Assembly: GCA_964638415.1 (NCBI GenBank)
Contig: CAZWYP010000003.1
Location: 1,150 to 65,149, forward strand
DNA length: 64,000 nucleotides
Reading direction: 5' to 3'
From: an uncultured Gammaproteobacteria bacterium
GTDB taxonomy: Bacteria; Patescibacteriota; Patescibacteriia; UBA1558; GWA2-36-10
Part shown: positions 35,507 through 45,420 of the stretch, in pieces
How the letters are laid out: every line of letters begins with the position of its first letter
Position numbering within the stretch: position 1 is the stretch's first letter
Notes under the pieces: model-generated
The model's input: only the letters and a program-made list of their open reading frames with translations
Told to the model about the DNA's origin: nothing
Database searches by the model: none
Translations under genes and position numbers: made by a program

Positions 35507-36493
35507 TTATAATTTATATTTGAGCAAATCCTGAGCAGTCAATAAGCCTACTTGCGCACCGATTTTCATCACCACGGAATTGCTATTTAAAATTCCCAGA
35601 TGCAAAGCTTTAGCCACTGTGTGGTATTTAATTAAGCCAGCCACAAAACCAGAACCGAAAGAATCTCCAGCACCAGTAGTATTAATTCCTTTTTTCTTGA
35701 AAGCCGGTCGGAAGTGGATTTGCTTGCCGTCAAAAACATAAGCGCCCTTAGGACCGTCTGTCACTACGGTAATCTGCTGTCCCCATTTATGCAAATTGCG
35801 CAGAATCTGCTGGATATTATCTTTAGGCTTATCTTTACTGACACTAACCAATAATTCCAAAGCTTCATCGCGGTTGACCATTAACACTTCGGTAGCTGGC
35901 AAATAACTGGCTAATTTTTTTAAACCCAATTGCAATTGCGGTTTGCCTGGATTCCAAGCTACTTTGATCTTTCTTTCTGTAAAATGGCTAAATAAGTCTT
36001 TCAATTTGGGATTTAAGCGATTATCTAAAGCCGCTAGATAAACCCATGGCGTCTTGATTTTCTTGATCACCTTTGGCGAAAAATCCAGCTGGGTATTGGC
36101 ACCGCGGTAGTTAAACAGAACATGCTCATTATATGAACCCACGTTGATAATAAAAGAAGTGCCGGTTTTAAACTTGTCATTAAACTGGATTAATCCGGTA
36201 TCTACTTTTTTTCTTTTTAATTCACGGTATGCTTCCTGGCCTAAATTGTCCCTACCTAAGCATAATAAGGTTTGGGTTTTAATTCCCAAAGAAGACAAAC
36301 CAACCGCCGTATTAGCTCCGCCGCCGCCCCAGACCAGATAAACTTCATCGCTGTATACTTTAGCGCCGTATTCAAAAGCAATCAGCTTCTGCTGCAATAA
36401 ATCCTGCTTATTATCCAAAATCAAGGCATCATCGGTGTAGAACATGATGTCCTGCGTTAAACCGCCAATAGTGGTAATAGTATTGCCCATCAT
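35507..36493 (-). CDS. Carbohydrate kinase, PfkB/ribokinase family
   Basis: GGGGANTAVGLSSLG (N-terminal glycine motif) and GAGDSFGSGFVAGL (anion hole and catalytic Asp). Confidence 0.8.
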   Translation of the reverse strand: MMGNTITTIGGLTQDIMFYTDDALILDNKQDLLQQKLIAFEYGAKVYSDEVYLVWGGGGANTAVGLSSLGIKTQTLLCLGRDNLGQEAYRELKRKKVDTGLIQFNDKFKTGTSFIINVGSYNEHVLFNYRGANTQLDFSPKVIKKIKTPWVYLAALDNRLNPKLKDLFSHFTERKIKVAWNPGKPQLQLGLKKLASYLPATEVLMVNRDEALELLVSVSKDKPKDNIQQILRNLHKWGQQITVVTDGPKGAYVFDGKQIHFRPAFKKKGINTTGAGDSFGSGFVAGLIKYHTVAKALHLGILNSNSVVMKIGAQVGLLTAQDLLKYKL

Positions 36494-36720
36494 TAAATAT
36501 ATCGCGAATAATCCCTAATGCGATTAATCACCATCTTAATAATATAGAAATAAACTAAAGTCATGCCGGAAATAAAGAAAACTCTCATGCCGAAACTTAC
36601 TTCATACTCGGCTAATTCCTGCACAACGGTAATGACAATCAATAAGCCCATGACCAGCATAGCCAGAAATATCAGGATCAGTAAGGTAAAAATAATCTCA
36701 ATGACTTTATGGACTTGCAT
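36493..36720 (-). CDS. Small hypothetical membrane protein
   Basis: 75 aa with two TM helices, packed tightly between its neighbours. Confidence 0.35.
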   Translation of the reverse strand: MQVHKVIEIIFTLLILIFLAMLVMGLLIVITVVQELAEYEVSFGMRVFFISGMTLVYFYIIKMVINRIRDYSRYI

Positions 36721-36748
36721 GAGAATATTATAACATTTTTTTTAATTG

Positions 36749-37207
36749 CTAGCGATACTGATTAAGATAATAACCAGCTGCTCCCATGGCCACCCCCACA
36801 TTCAATGACTCTTTTTTTCCTGACATCGGCAGATAAATAATCTTGTCTGCCTGCTTTAATAAGCTGGCAGAAATTCCCTTTACCTCATTACCGACTAATA
36901 GCGCTAAAGGAAATCTCGGCTTAAACTTAAGATAATTAACTGCTCCCTTGGTTTTTTCCAAAGCCACTAATTGTATTTTTTCTTTCCGCAATCTTTTAAT
37001 TAGCGCTGAAATATTTTTAAACTGCTCCCAGGGAATAAACTTATCCGCGCCTAAGGCTACTTTGCTAATCTCTTCCCTGGGCGGCGTGCCGGTATATCCC
37101 GTCAAATATATTTTATTAATTCCCAAAGCATCCGCCGTGCGGAACATCGTGCCGACATTATGCAGGCTGCGGATATTATGGACAATAAGGTAAAATTCTT
37201 TTTTCAT
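36749..37207 (-). CDS. SpoU-family RNA 2'-O-methyltransferase (TrmL/TrmH-like)
   Basis: 152 aa. VHNIRSLHNVGTMFRTADALG ... LLVGNEVKGIS ... GKKESLNVGVAMG (SPOUT motifs). Confidence 0.7.
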   Translation of the reverse strand: MKKEFYLIVHNIRSLHNVGTMFRTADALGINKIYLTGYTGTPPREEISKVALGADKFIPWEQFKNISALIKRLRKEKIQLVALEKTKGAVNYLKFKPRFPLALLVGNEVKGISASLLKQADKIIYLPMSGKKESLNVGVAMGAAGYYLNQYR

Positions 37208-37248
37208 ATTCTTTTAAATAAAAAAGAGCTGCTCTAAGCTCTTTTCTT

Positions 37249-38850
37249 TTATTCTTCCCGATACATATCTTCTTTCTTTTCCCGCAGGAAACTCAGCCAC
37301 TCTTCAAAGGCAGCGATAAAAATCTTGAAAGGCGCTTCAATAATGTAATCCATGACAAAAGCAAAGACATTGATCCGTTTAAACTTAGTAGACAGCCAGC
37401 GGCCCATAGAGACAATCGGTAAAGAGAAAAAGCTGACTAAGAAAGACCAAAAGCCTTCTTTCTTTTCAATAATCTTCAGCTCTTTAGCCGTAGTGCGGAT
37501 CTTCATAGCAAAGAAGCTGACCGCTGTTAAGAAGAATAAGAATAAAGCACCGCTTAAAATATTAAATTCTAAGCCCTGCAAAATACGGATAATCGTTCCG
37601 AATACCACTAAATACAGAATAGTGTACATGGAGTAATAAAAAGTCTTAAATCCCCAATTAGTCCGGTATTTGGCTTTTAATTTACAGAGAATAGACTGCT
37701 CAACTTGGCCATAAACCATATTCTTTAAATTCTCCAGAATCTTGGCCGTATTTTCCTTCTTGGGAGGAACAATCGTTAAAGTAATCAAGAACATCAGCAA
37801 GGGCGGGAAAATAACGTTAATCATCAGCGGAGTATAATTAACATGCTTTAAGATATATAACTCATACGGAAATTCAAAAGCAATAGCCAATAATACCTTA
37901 GTGATGAAAATATAAATAATCGCCCGGATAGAGCTAGATCTAATCTTAGACAATAAGCTCTTATACTTCTCATTAATAATAATCTTAGCTTCCGCTTCCA
38001 AAAGTTCAGGCTGAATTAATAATTCTTCAATATCCCCTTCGCGACGGCGGATAAGTTCATATAAAACCTGGAAAGTAGCTACCTGCTCTCTTAAAGAGCT
38101 TAATAGTTTAGCCTGATAAGGATGCTTGAGGTGTCCCTGGATAGTCCGGTAAACCGCTCCGAAATTAGCAGCTACCAGCTTAATGGTATTATCATCCGCT
38201 TTATTCCAATCTGGAAAATATAAATTCAATAAATGGTAGGAAATAATCGCATCATCGGATTTAACCAAAGCTTTATGGATAGCAATGTACAGCTGAATAT
38301 CCTTTTCTCTCATTTTCCAGTCATCACCGGAGAACTTAACTCGCGGCTTGGTAATCTGGTACATGGTTTCAATGACCGCATCCTCAATATCTTCCGGCTG
38401 CAGCACCATGTCTATTTCCACCGCCATCACTCCTACCAGCCATTCAAAGAACTGCTGGCGCTCAGAACTTTCATAGATATCATTAATCAGCAGCAAGAGC
38501 TCATTGTATTTCTTAATAACCTGCGCTACTTCCAATACCCGTTTTTCCGGAATAACATTGTTGGGCAAATACTTAGCACGAATTAATTCTTCCACCAAGC
38601 TTTTGGCAACAGCCGGCTTTAAAGTTTCTAAGATTATTCTCCGGCGCAAATTACGCTCAACAGCAAAACGCCGCAATAAATGCGACTCCTTAAAATCTAC
38701 CGAATTGCGGAGCTTCTCATAAACTACCGTCACTCGGCTGGTAAAATCTTCTACCTCAATCTTATTACCTTCGTCTTTGACTTGCTGACGATGGCGATAA
38801 ATGGTTTTTAATTTTTGGTATAAAACAACTATTTCCGGGGTAATTTGCAT
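37249..38850 (-). CDS. Hypothetical polytopic membrane protein with a ~300-aa N-terminal soluble domain
   Basis: 533-aa ORF; no recognisable family. Confidence 0.45.
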   Translation of the reverse strand: MQITPEIVVLYQKLKTIYRHRQQVKDEGNKIEVEDFTSRVTVVYEKLRNSVDFKESHLLRRFAVERNLRRRIILETLKPAVAKSLVEELIRAKYLPNNVIPEKRVLEVAQVIKKYNELLLLINDIYESSERQQFFEWLVGVMAVEIDMVLQPEDIEDAVIETMYQITKPRVKFSGDDWKMREKDIQLYIAIHKALVKSDDAIISYHLLNLYFPDWNKADDNTIKLVAANFGAVYRTIQGHLKHPYQAKLLSSLREQVATFQVLYELIRRREGDIEELLIQPELLEAEAKIIINEKYKSLLSKIRSSSIRAIIYIFITKVLLAIAFEFPYELYILKHVNYTPLMINVIFPPLLMFLITLTIVPPKKENTAKILENLKNMVYGQVEQSILCKLKAKYRTNWGFKTFYYSMYTILYLVVFGTIIRILQGLEFNILSGALFLFFLTAVSFFAMKIRTTAKELKIIEKKEGFWSFLVSFFSLPIVSMGRWLSTKFKRINVFAFVMDYIIEAPFKIFIAAFEEWLSFLREKKEDMYREE

Positions 38851-38897
38851 ATATTTACTACTGGCTTATAATACCATAAAATAGGGTTTTTTTCAAG

Positions 38898-40112
38898 CTA
38901 ATGATGATGAAAATGCTCTGGCGATGAGTGTTTTAAAGGCTTTTCGTTCTTAAGAAAAACCGCCGCTAGATAAGTACTAATTGGCACAGCCAAAATTAAG
39001 GCTAAAGAGCCAATAATGGTTCTGACAAACTCCTCGGCAATCATCTCGCTATTGAATTTCATCCACCAGGGATATTCCTGGTTAATGTTAAATAAAATAA
39101 ACAAAGGCAAAGCCGCGCCAGCATAAGCTAGCACCAAGGTATTAACTAAAGAAGCAATATGCTCGCGGCCGACAATTAAACCCCGCTGGTAAAGCTCTCG
39201 CTGGCTTAAGCTAGGATTAGCTCGGCGCAATTCTCCCACCACAGCAGTCTGCGCGGTAGCAATATCATCCAATACTCCCAAAGTACCAATAATAATCCCC
39301 GCCAATAATAATCCCCGCAGATTAATGGCAGCCAGCTCTCCAAACTGCAGATAAAAAGCTTCTTCGCTGCCTTTGCCGAATAAAGAAGAGAAATCAATGA
39401 AGATATAAGCTAAAAGCATGGCAATGGATAAGGTAATCATCATACCAATAAAAGCTAAAGTTGTCCGACGATTGAAGCCATGGCCTAAATACATGGAAAC
39501 AGCAGAGATAATCAAAGCGCCCAATAAAGTGATGATTATCGGATTCTGGCCAGCGACAACTCTGGGTACAATAAAGCCAGCCAGGACTAGAATGCTAATA
39601 AACAATCCAGCTAAAGATCCTAGGCCTTTCCAGCGACCAAACCAAATGACTAAAGCAAAGAAGATTAACAAAATAATCAGCAAAGGCTGCAAGCGGTAAT
39701 GATCGGCAAAATAATAATCAGCTGTGCCATCAACTTTATAAACTTTAGCCAAGATTATCTTATCACCAACTGCTACCTTCTGGTATTTTTCCAGCGAGGA
39801 TATTCCCCTGTTGATGATGGAAATTTCCTGACCAGATTCTATTCCACTCAAGATTCTTACTTTTAATTCCTGAATCTGCTCCAAATAATCATCGGCAACT
39901 TGCTCAGTATATTCATTGACTATCTCCGTAACTAAAGCTTGAGAATATTCATTGCTGGGAATATCTTCCGGCGATAGCCTTATCTCCTGATCACTCTCGT
40001 CAATGATAAAATCGCCATTAGTGTCCCCATACTGGGCAGTATCCAGAGTTTGTGCCGATCCAGCCAAAGGCAGGAATAGTAAAAGGCTTAAGAAAAAAAT
40101 CTTCAGCTTCAT
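38898..40112 (-). CDS. YibE/F-like membrane protein
   Basis: Signal peptide plus ~130-aa extracytoplasmic domain, then a glycine-rich multi-TM bundle. The architecture is typical of YibE/F; the family call is tentative. Confidence 0.4.
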   Translation of the reverse strand: MKLKIFFLSLLLFLPLAGSAQTLDTAQYGDTNGDFIIDESDQEIRLSPEDIPSNEYSQALVTEIVNEYTEQVADDYLEQIQELKVRILSGIESGQEISIINRGISSLEKYQKVAVGDKIILAKVYKVDGTADYYFADHYRLQPLLIILLIFFALVIWFGRWKGLGSLAGLFISILVLAGFIVPRVVAGQNPIIITLLGALIISAVSMYLGHGFNRRTTLAFIGMMITLSIAMLLAYIFIDFSSLFGKGSEEAFYLQFGELAAINLRGLLLAGIIIGTLGVLDDIATAQTAVVGELRRANPSLSQRELYQRGLIVGREHIASLVNTLVLAYAGAALPLFILFNINQEYPWWMKFNSEMIAEEFVRTIIGSLALILAVPISTYLAAVFLKNEKPLKHSSPEHFHHH

Positions 40113-40118
40113 TAATAA

Positions 40119-40541
40119 TTACTTTAAACTAATTAAAATAGCTCCTCCCACCATTAATAATGCTCCTACTACTGTTTTCCAGCCCATAGTTTCTCCTAAG
40201 AATACTGCCGCTAAAATTACCACGAAGACTAAGCTTAAACGGTCAATTACCACTACCTTAGTAGCATCGCCAGCCTTTAAGGCAAAGAAGTAAAACAGCC
40301 AGGATAAAGCGCCGGCAATGCCGGCTAAAGCAATTAACAGCCAATCTTTATTGCTGAAAGTATGGAGATTAAATCCCTGCCACTTGTTCAAGAATAAGCT
40401 GACTATTATTAAGAAGCCAGCCATCATAATCGATCTGACTGTTGTCGCTAAAGTAGAATCAATATTCTTCAAGCCTAATTTGCCGAAAATCGCTACTAAA
40501 GCAGCGGTTATCGCCGACAAAAAAGCATAGAATAGCCACAT
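40119..40541 (-). CDS. Small EamA-like (DMT superfamily) transporter
   Basis: Four TM helices with FLSAITAALVAIFGKLGLK. I took the internal Met start to avoid a 38-bp overlap with the upstream gene. Confidence 0.5.
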   Translation of the reverse strand: MWLFYAFLSAITAALVAIFGKLGLKNIDSTLATTVRSIMMAGFLIIVSLFLNKWQGFNLHTFSNKDWLLIALAGIAGALSWLFYFFALKAGDATKVVVIDRLSLVFVVILAAVFLGETMGWKTVVGALLMVGGAILISLK

Positions 40542-40545
40542 AAAT

Positions 40546-41490
40546 TTAATCCGAGAAATAATTAAAATAATTGCTGACTGCAAATTCTGTCAGCACAAAG
40601 AATAAATAGAAAAATAATAGCAATAAGCCTTCTTTCTTAGTTAAAGTTTTGCCTGTCTTCATGAAATGCAGCAGGATAACGGCCGCTAAAAACATGAACA
40701 TCGCCGTCACATAGACTATCCGCTGGTTAAAATAAAAAGGCTTAAGCAAGGCTAAGATACCGACGATAATCGCCCCATCGGTAATGACCGTACCTAAAAT
40801 ATCTCCCATGGCTAAATTAGCATGATTATTCTTAACCGCCTTGATGGAAAAAAACATTTCCGGAAAAGTAGTGCCAATACCGACAAACAGCATGCCGACA
40901 AACACTGGATTAATATGCAAAGCATGAGCCAAAGATACGCCGAACTTAACCGTCATGGTGGAAGCTAATAATAGAATAGCCATGCTAATCAATAAGCCAA
41001 ACAAGTCTTTAAAAGAAAAACGCCGGTCACCGGTTGCTGGCTTATTTTCATCTTTCTTCAACAAAGCTAGATAAAACAAAATACCGGCTAAAATCATCAC
41101 TAAGCCATCCATCCGTTCATAATGACCGTCTAAACCTAAGATTATTGGCACAGCTAAAGTAGATAAATAAAGCCAGCTGTTATTAATAATCCTGCTTTCC
41201 ACCCTAATCGGCTTATTGGCTACAAAAATCACAATGGCAAAAACCAAGGCTAGATCAGCTACATTGGAGCCGAATAAAGTTCCTAGACCAAAAGCCGGTA
41301 AGCCTTGCAAAGAAGAGGCAATGGAAATAAAAGCTTCCGGCAAAACAGAGATAGCCGCTACCAAGATAAAACCTACTATGTATTTGGATATTTTAGCGCC
41401 ATCCGCCAGGCGAGAAGCAAAATTAATGGCAAAATCAGCTGCTTTAACTACAAAGAATAAAGCAATGACAAAGGGAATAATATAAATCAT
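40546..41490 (-). CDS. Na+/Ca2+ exchanger family (CaCA, YrbG-like) transporter
   Basis: Two alpha-repeat regions (GLGTLFGSNVADLALVFAIV and ILGTVITDGAIIVGILALLKP); 314 aa. Confidence 0.75.
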   Translation of the reverse strand: MIYIIPFVIALFFVVKAADFAINFASRLADGAKISKYIVGFILVAAISVLPEAFISIASSLQGLPAFGLGTLFGSNVADLALVFAIVIFVANKPIRVESRIINNSWLYLSTLAVPIILGLDGHYERMDGLVMILAGILFYLALLKKDENKPATGDRRFSFKDLFGLLISMAILLLASTMTVKFGVSLAHALHINPVFVGMLFVGIGTTFPEMFFSIKAVKNNHANLAMGDILGTVITDGAIIVGILALLKPFYFNQRIVYVTAMFMFLAAVILLHFMKTGKTLTKKEGLLLLFFYLFFVLTEFAVSNYFNYFSD

Positions 41491-41599
41491 CTGTTTATCT
41501 GCATTATAGCCATATCATAGCATAAAAATAGCTAAAAATTAAGCAAAGAAAAGAGGCTGTTATCAACTGATAACAGCCTCTTTTGACCAAAGGGTCAAA

Positions 41600-42238
41600 T
41601 TATTCTTGCTTTTTCTGAGAGAGAAACTCTCGCCCTTTGCCGACATTGGTATTAATCGGTACTTGCTTTTCACAAAGCGGACATTGACTCTCCGGCCAAG
41701 ATTCAAGGTTGACATTGACCAAAGCGGTCATTTTTGGCACGCCGCCAATATCTTCAGCGGTAATCCCGCCGCGATTACAGAGAACGCCGACACCAACAAC
41801 TTCACCGCCAAGCTCTCTTACTGCTTCAATCACGGCTTTGACAGAACCGCCGGTAGTCAAGACGTCTTCAACAACCAGCACTCGCTTGCCTTTGATCAGC
41901 CGGTCATAACCGCGCTTGATGACGAATGAATGGCCATCTTCAGATTTCTCAGCATACAACGACAACACTTCGGTTGCCATCAATTCACCCAGATGATGCG
42001 CAGTCCATTGCGACAGAATCACGCCGCCAATCGCTGGAGCAATCACAACTTCAATGCCATCGTTCACATACTCTTGAGCAATCGCCTGACAAAGACGCGA
42101 AGTATCACCAGTATGAGGATAGATCGCATCTTTGTTGACATAAGCCGAACCATGGCGGCCGGAAGTATAGACGATGTGGCTATCGGTAATTACCGCATTG
42201 ACTTTGCCTAGAATTTCCAACACCTGTTGTTCATTCAT
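41600..42238 (-). CDS. pyrE: Orotate phosphoribosyltransferase
   Basis: PRPP-binding motif VLVVEDVLTTGGS. The start ATG overlaps the pyrF stop (ATGA). GC about 50%. Confidence 0.7.
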   Translation of the reverse strand: MNEQQVLEILGKVNAVITDSHIVYTSGRHGSAYVNKDAIYPHTGDTSRLCQAIAQEYVNDGIEVVIAPAIGGVILSQWTAHHLGELMATEVLSLYAEKSEDGHSFVIKRGYDRLIKGKRVLVVEDVLTTGGSVKAVIEAVRELGGEVVGVGVLCNRGGITAEDIGGVPKMTALVNVNLESWPESQCPLCEKQVPINTNVGKGREFLSQKKQE

Positions 42239-42954
42239 TTTGCGTGCGTCCTTTCCCAAAGTTTTCTTTCACCGCTTTCAATTTCTTGGAAAATCTTACC
42301 AATTGCTTCTTCGGGATCGGGAGCGGTAGTGATTTGCCGCCCAATTACCAAATGTGTAGCGCCATTGATAATCGCTTCTTCCGGAGTGGCAATGCGCTCC
42401 TGATCATTAGCTTTTACACCAGCAGAACGAATGCCAGGAATGACAAACTTCATTCCTGCAAGCTCGGGCATTCTGCTTAATGCTCCCACTTCTTTCGGCG
42501 AACAAACAATGCCCTGCAGCTTAGCCAGCTTAGCCAGCCGCGCCAATTGCATTACTGCTAATTGGGCAGGTAAGCCATAGATAAGCTGCGCGTCTTCTGC
42601 TGACAGCGACGTCAGTATGGTAACTCCCATCACATCAAGATCATTGCCTTCACGAGCGGCCATCATCATTTTGACGCCGCCGGAAGCGTGCACGGTCAGC
42701 ATATTAGCTCCAGATGCTTCAATGACTGCCGCGCGTGCCTTCACTGTTTCGGGAATATCATGAAGCTTGGCATCTACCCAGACAATGTCCGTACCAGCAT
42801 CCTTGATTGCGTGCACGGCGCTTTCACCAAACTCGTCAAATAAGTTATGGATTTTTACACCATAAACCAATTTGCCTACTTTCTTCACCAAAGCGACGGT
42901 TTGATCAAGAGTCAGGCCGTCAGCGGCCAGAATTATTCTGTGTGTCTTGTGCAT
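42235..42954 (-). CDS. pyrF: Orotidine-5'-phosphate decarboxylase
   Basis: ILAADGL...VKIH...DAKLHDIP active-site motifs (Asp-x-Lys-x-x-Asp); 239 aa; GC-rich. Confidence 0.8.
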   Translation of the reverse strand: MHKTHRIILAADGLTLDQTVALVKKVGKLVYGVKIHNLFDEFGESAVHAIKDAGTDIVWVDAKLHDIPETVKARAAVIEASGANMLTVHASGGVKMMMAAREGNDLDVMGVTILTSLSAEDAQLIYGLPAQLAVMQLARLAKLAKLQGIVCSPKEVGALSRMPELAGMKFVIPGIRSAGVKANDQERIATPEEAIINGATHLVIGRQITTAPDPEEAIGKIFQEIESGERKLWERTHAK

Positions 42955-43070
42955 AATTAGTCCTATTTTGTGATGAAATGAACGGAAAAATTAGATTTTT
43001 CTTAGGTCAATCTAATCACTTTTACTAATAATTGTCAAAACAAAAAATCAAGCTCTGAACTTGATTAATT

Positions 43071-43144
43071 TGGCTCGGGGATAGGGATTCGAACCCCAAT
43101 TGACGGGACCAAAACCCGCTGTCCTACCATTAGACGATCCCCGA
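43071..43144 (-). tRNA. tRNA-Gln (anticodon UUG), CCA encoded
   Basis: Reverse complement UCGGGGA-UC-GUCU...GGAC-A-GCGGG-UUUUGGU-CCCGU-...-GGGGUUCGAAUCCCU-AUCCCCGA-G-CCA. 7-bp acceptor stem, T-loop GGTTCGAAT, anticodon loop UUUUGGU. Confidence 0.85.
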
Positions 43145-43236
43145 ATATATTAATAAAACATAAATAAGATACTATTTTTTATGACAAAAGTCAATAATTG
43201 CTTAACATCTTCCCCTGCTCATGCCATAATGCTTAC

Positions 43237-44376
43237 ATGGAACCATTAGCTGCTAAAATCAGGCCAAAAAGCTTATCTGAATTTGTCGGACAAAGCCATT
43301 TAGTGGGAAAAGACAAACCCCTTAATATTGCTATTGCCAAAAAGCATTTATTCTCTTTTCTGCTGTGGGGACCACCGGGAGTGGGAAAAACTACGCTAGC
43401 TAAAATCTATGCTCAAGCTTTAAATGCCGACTACAATGAAGTATCGGCAGTATCAGCAGGCAAAGATGAATTAAGGAAAATCATTACTACTAAGCCTGGA
43501 TTATTCGGACCAAAGATTTTGTTTATTGACGAAATACACCGCTTCAATAAAGCCCAGCAGGACTTCTTACTGCCCTTTGTAGAATCTGGCCAAATTACTT
43601 TAATCGGGGCGACTACAGAAAATCCCAGTTTTGAAGTAATCTCTCCCCTCTTATCTCGCTGCCGGGTATTTGTCTTGAATGAATTATCTCCGGAAGAAAT
43701 GAATACCATCATTGACCGCACTGGCTTTGCTATGGATAAGGAAGCTAGGGATTGGCTGATTGCCATGGCTAGCGGCGATGCTAGGCAAGCGATTACCATG
43801 ATGGAAAACACTTACCAGCTATATGGCAAAATAACTTTAGATAATCTTAAGCAGACTCTGCAGTCCAAACACCTCAGGTATGATAAACAAGGTGAGGAGC
43901 ATTACAACACCATCAGTGCTTTTATTAAATCCATGCGCGCTTCCCAGCCGGACGCTGCCTTGTACTACCTGGCGAGAATGATTGCCGCCGGTGAAGATCC
44001 TAAGTTTATCGCCCGGCGGATGGTAATCTTTGCCAGTGAAGATGTGGGATTAGCTGATCCCAAAGCCTTAATGATTGCTAATGATGTTTTCCGTGCGGTG
44101 GAGACTATTGGTTATCCCGAAGCAGGAATTAACTTGGGCCATGGCGTGGTATATCTGTCTTTAGCGCCTAAGAACAGATCAGCTTACGATGCTTACCAAG
44201 CAGCTTTAGCTGATGCTCATGCTCACGGCAATCTGCCCATACCGTTAAAAATACGGAATGCCGTCACTAAATTAATGAAAAATATTGGTTACGGGCAAGG
44301 CTATGAAGCCTACACTAAGGATGACTTATTGCCGGAAAAGTTAAAAGGCAAACAGTATTATTATCCTAAAAAATAA
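43237..44376 (+). CDS. rarA: Replication-associated recombination protein A (AAA+ ATPase RarA/MgsA)
   Basis: LLWGPPGVGKTTLA Walker A, ILFIDEIHRFNK Walker B, and the MgsA C-terminal domains. The start is at the internal Met (MEPLAAKIRP). Confidence 0.9.
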   Translation: MEPLAAKIRPKSLSEFVGQSHLVGKDKPLNIAIAKKHLFSFLLWGPPGVGKTTLAKIYAQALNADYNEVSAVSAGKDELRKIITTKPGLFGPKILFIDEIHRFNKAQQDFLLPFVESGQITLIGATTENPSFEVISPLLSRCRVFVLNELSPEEMNTIIDRTGFAMDKEARDWLIAMASGDARQAITMMENTYQLYGKITLDNLKQTLQSKHLRYDKQGEEHYNTISAFIKSMRASQPDAALYYLARMIAAGEDPKFIARRMVIFASEDVGLADPKALMIANDVFRAVETIGYPEAGINLGHGVVYLSLAPKNRSAYDAYQAALADAHAHGNLPIPLKIRNAVTKLMKNIGYGQGYEAYTKDDLLPEKLKGKQYYYPKK

Positions 44377-44377
44377 A

Positions 44378-44404
44378 CCCTGCACATCTTGTACAGGGTT
44401 TTTT
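44378..44404 (+). terminator. Rho-independent terminator of rarA
   Basis: CCCTG-cacatcttgta-CAGGG followed by TTTTTT. Confidence 0.7.
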
Positions 44405-44420
44405 AGACCTTAGAGGCTTG

Positions 44421-45329
44421 TTAGTCAACCAATTGCAATTGGCGGGAAAGCCCAGCAACCAGCTGGTAATTAGCCAGCACTTCTTCGGGCGATCCGCCAT
44501 CGCGGAAGGTTTGCTTGGACAAATCCTTATTGTTATGATCCCACAATCTCCAACTGTCGGAATCAATGACATCAGCAATACAAAGGTTGTTGATGCTAAT
44601 AAACCCAAACTCCAACTTGAAGTCAATTAGCCGGAAGCCGCCCAAAGCTTGCCAAGATTTCTCCAGTACCGTAAAAGCAGCAACAGCTATTGATCTCATA
44701 GTCTTAACATGCTCCTTAAACTGAGGACTGAGCAGCTGGTAAGGATCCACCTCTTTTCCCAGATCAGATTCTGGAGTGTATAAGCGCTTCTTGGAATGAA
44801 GCAGTTTCCACGGCCGCGCTAAAGGATCGGGAATCAAGGGATCTTCTTCCCCCTCTTCCGGAGACAGTCCGTCAATTAGAACTTGGCCATTGGGCATAAC
44901 CAGCTGGCCGCCCGAAGTTTTCAAGAAGAACTCTACAACCAGATTCTCAAACCTGGGAGGAAGACTGGATCTATACCCCTGAAGCAATTCCGGACAACGC
45001 TTAAGCGCACTGCCGTAAGCATAGCGGCGAACCACTACTTCCAGCGGTATCATTTGACATCTTAATGCCAAAAAATCCGTTTCGGAATACTGCTCACGGT
45101 AAGCAATTGGCAAACCAGCTTGTCTTAGAAGTTCAAATACCCGGCAAGTAGTGGCAGTAACAGCCGGCCCTTTTCCTGGTATGGTGACGGTCTTAGTAGG
45201 ATCGTCAAAAGCTGTGAGGTCATCTCGGTTACGGATAATAACCAAAGTCGGTTGGTAAAAAACCGAAAATATATCTTTAGTCTTACCTTGGGCAATCATT
45301 CTGCTGACATCGTGTTTCATGGTTTGCAC
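44421..45329 (-). CDS. purC: Phosphoribosylaminoimidazole-succinocarboxamide (SAICAR) synthase
   Basis: GKTKDIF...R.RDDLTAFD N-terminus and the C-terminal IADVIDSDSWRLW motif; 302 aa (long form). GC higher than the local background. Confidence 0.8.
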   Translation of the reverse strand: MQTMKHDVSRMIAQGKTKDIFSVFYQPTLVIIRNRDDLTAFDDPTKTVTIPGKGPAVTATTCRVFELLRQAGLPIAYREQYSETDFLALRCQMIPLEVVVRRYAYGSALKRCPELLQGYRSSLPPRFENLVVEFFLKTSGGQLVMPNGQVLIDGLSPEEGEEDPLIPDPLARPWKLLHSKKRLYTPESDLGKEVDPYQLLSPQFKEHVKTMRSIAVAAFTVLEKSWQALGGFRLIDFKLEFGFISINNLCIADVIDSDSWRLWDHNNKDLSKQTFRDGGSPEEVLANYQLVAGLSRQLQLVD

Positions 45330-45420
45330 CTCTATGGTGAAATGAGCGTAAAATTAGAATTAAATTAGCAGATATTCATACTCTTGGCAAGTTGCCCTTT
45401 TTATTTTATAATACCTTTTA

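Noticed and set aside
41606-42480. Cluster of plus-strand ORFs (41606-41929, 41709-41909, 41926-42138, 41930-42211, 42244-42480) opposite pyrE/pyrF
   Set aside because: High GC on this island inflates random ORF length on the opposite strand. The real genes are the minus-strand pyrE and pyrF, which carry clear catalytic motifs.
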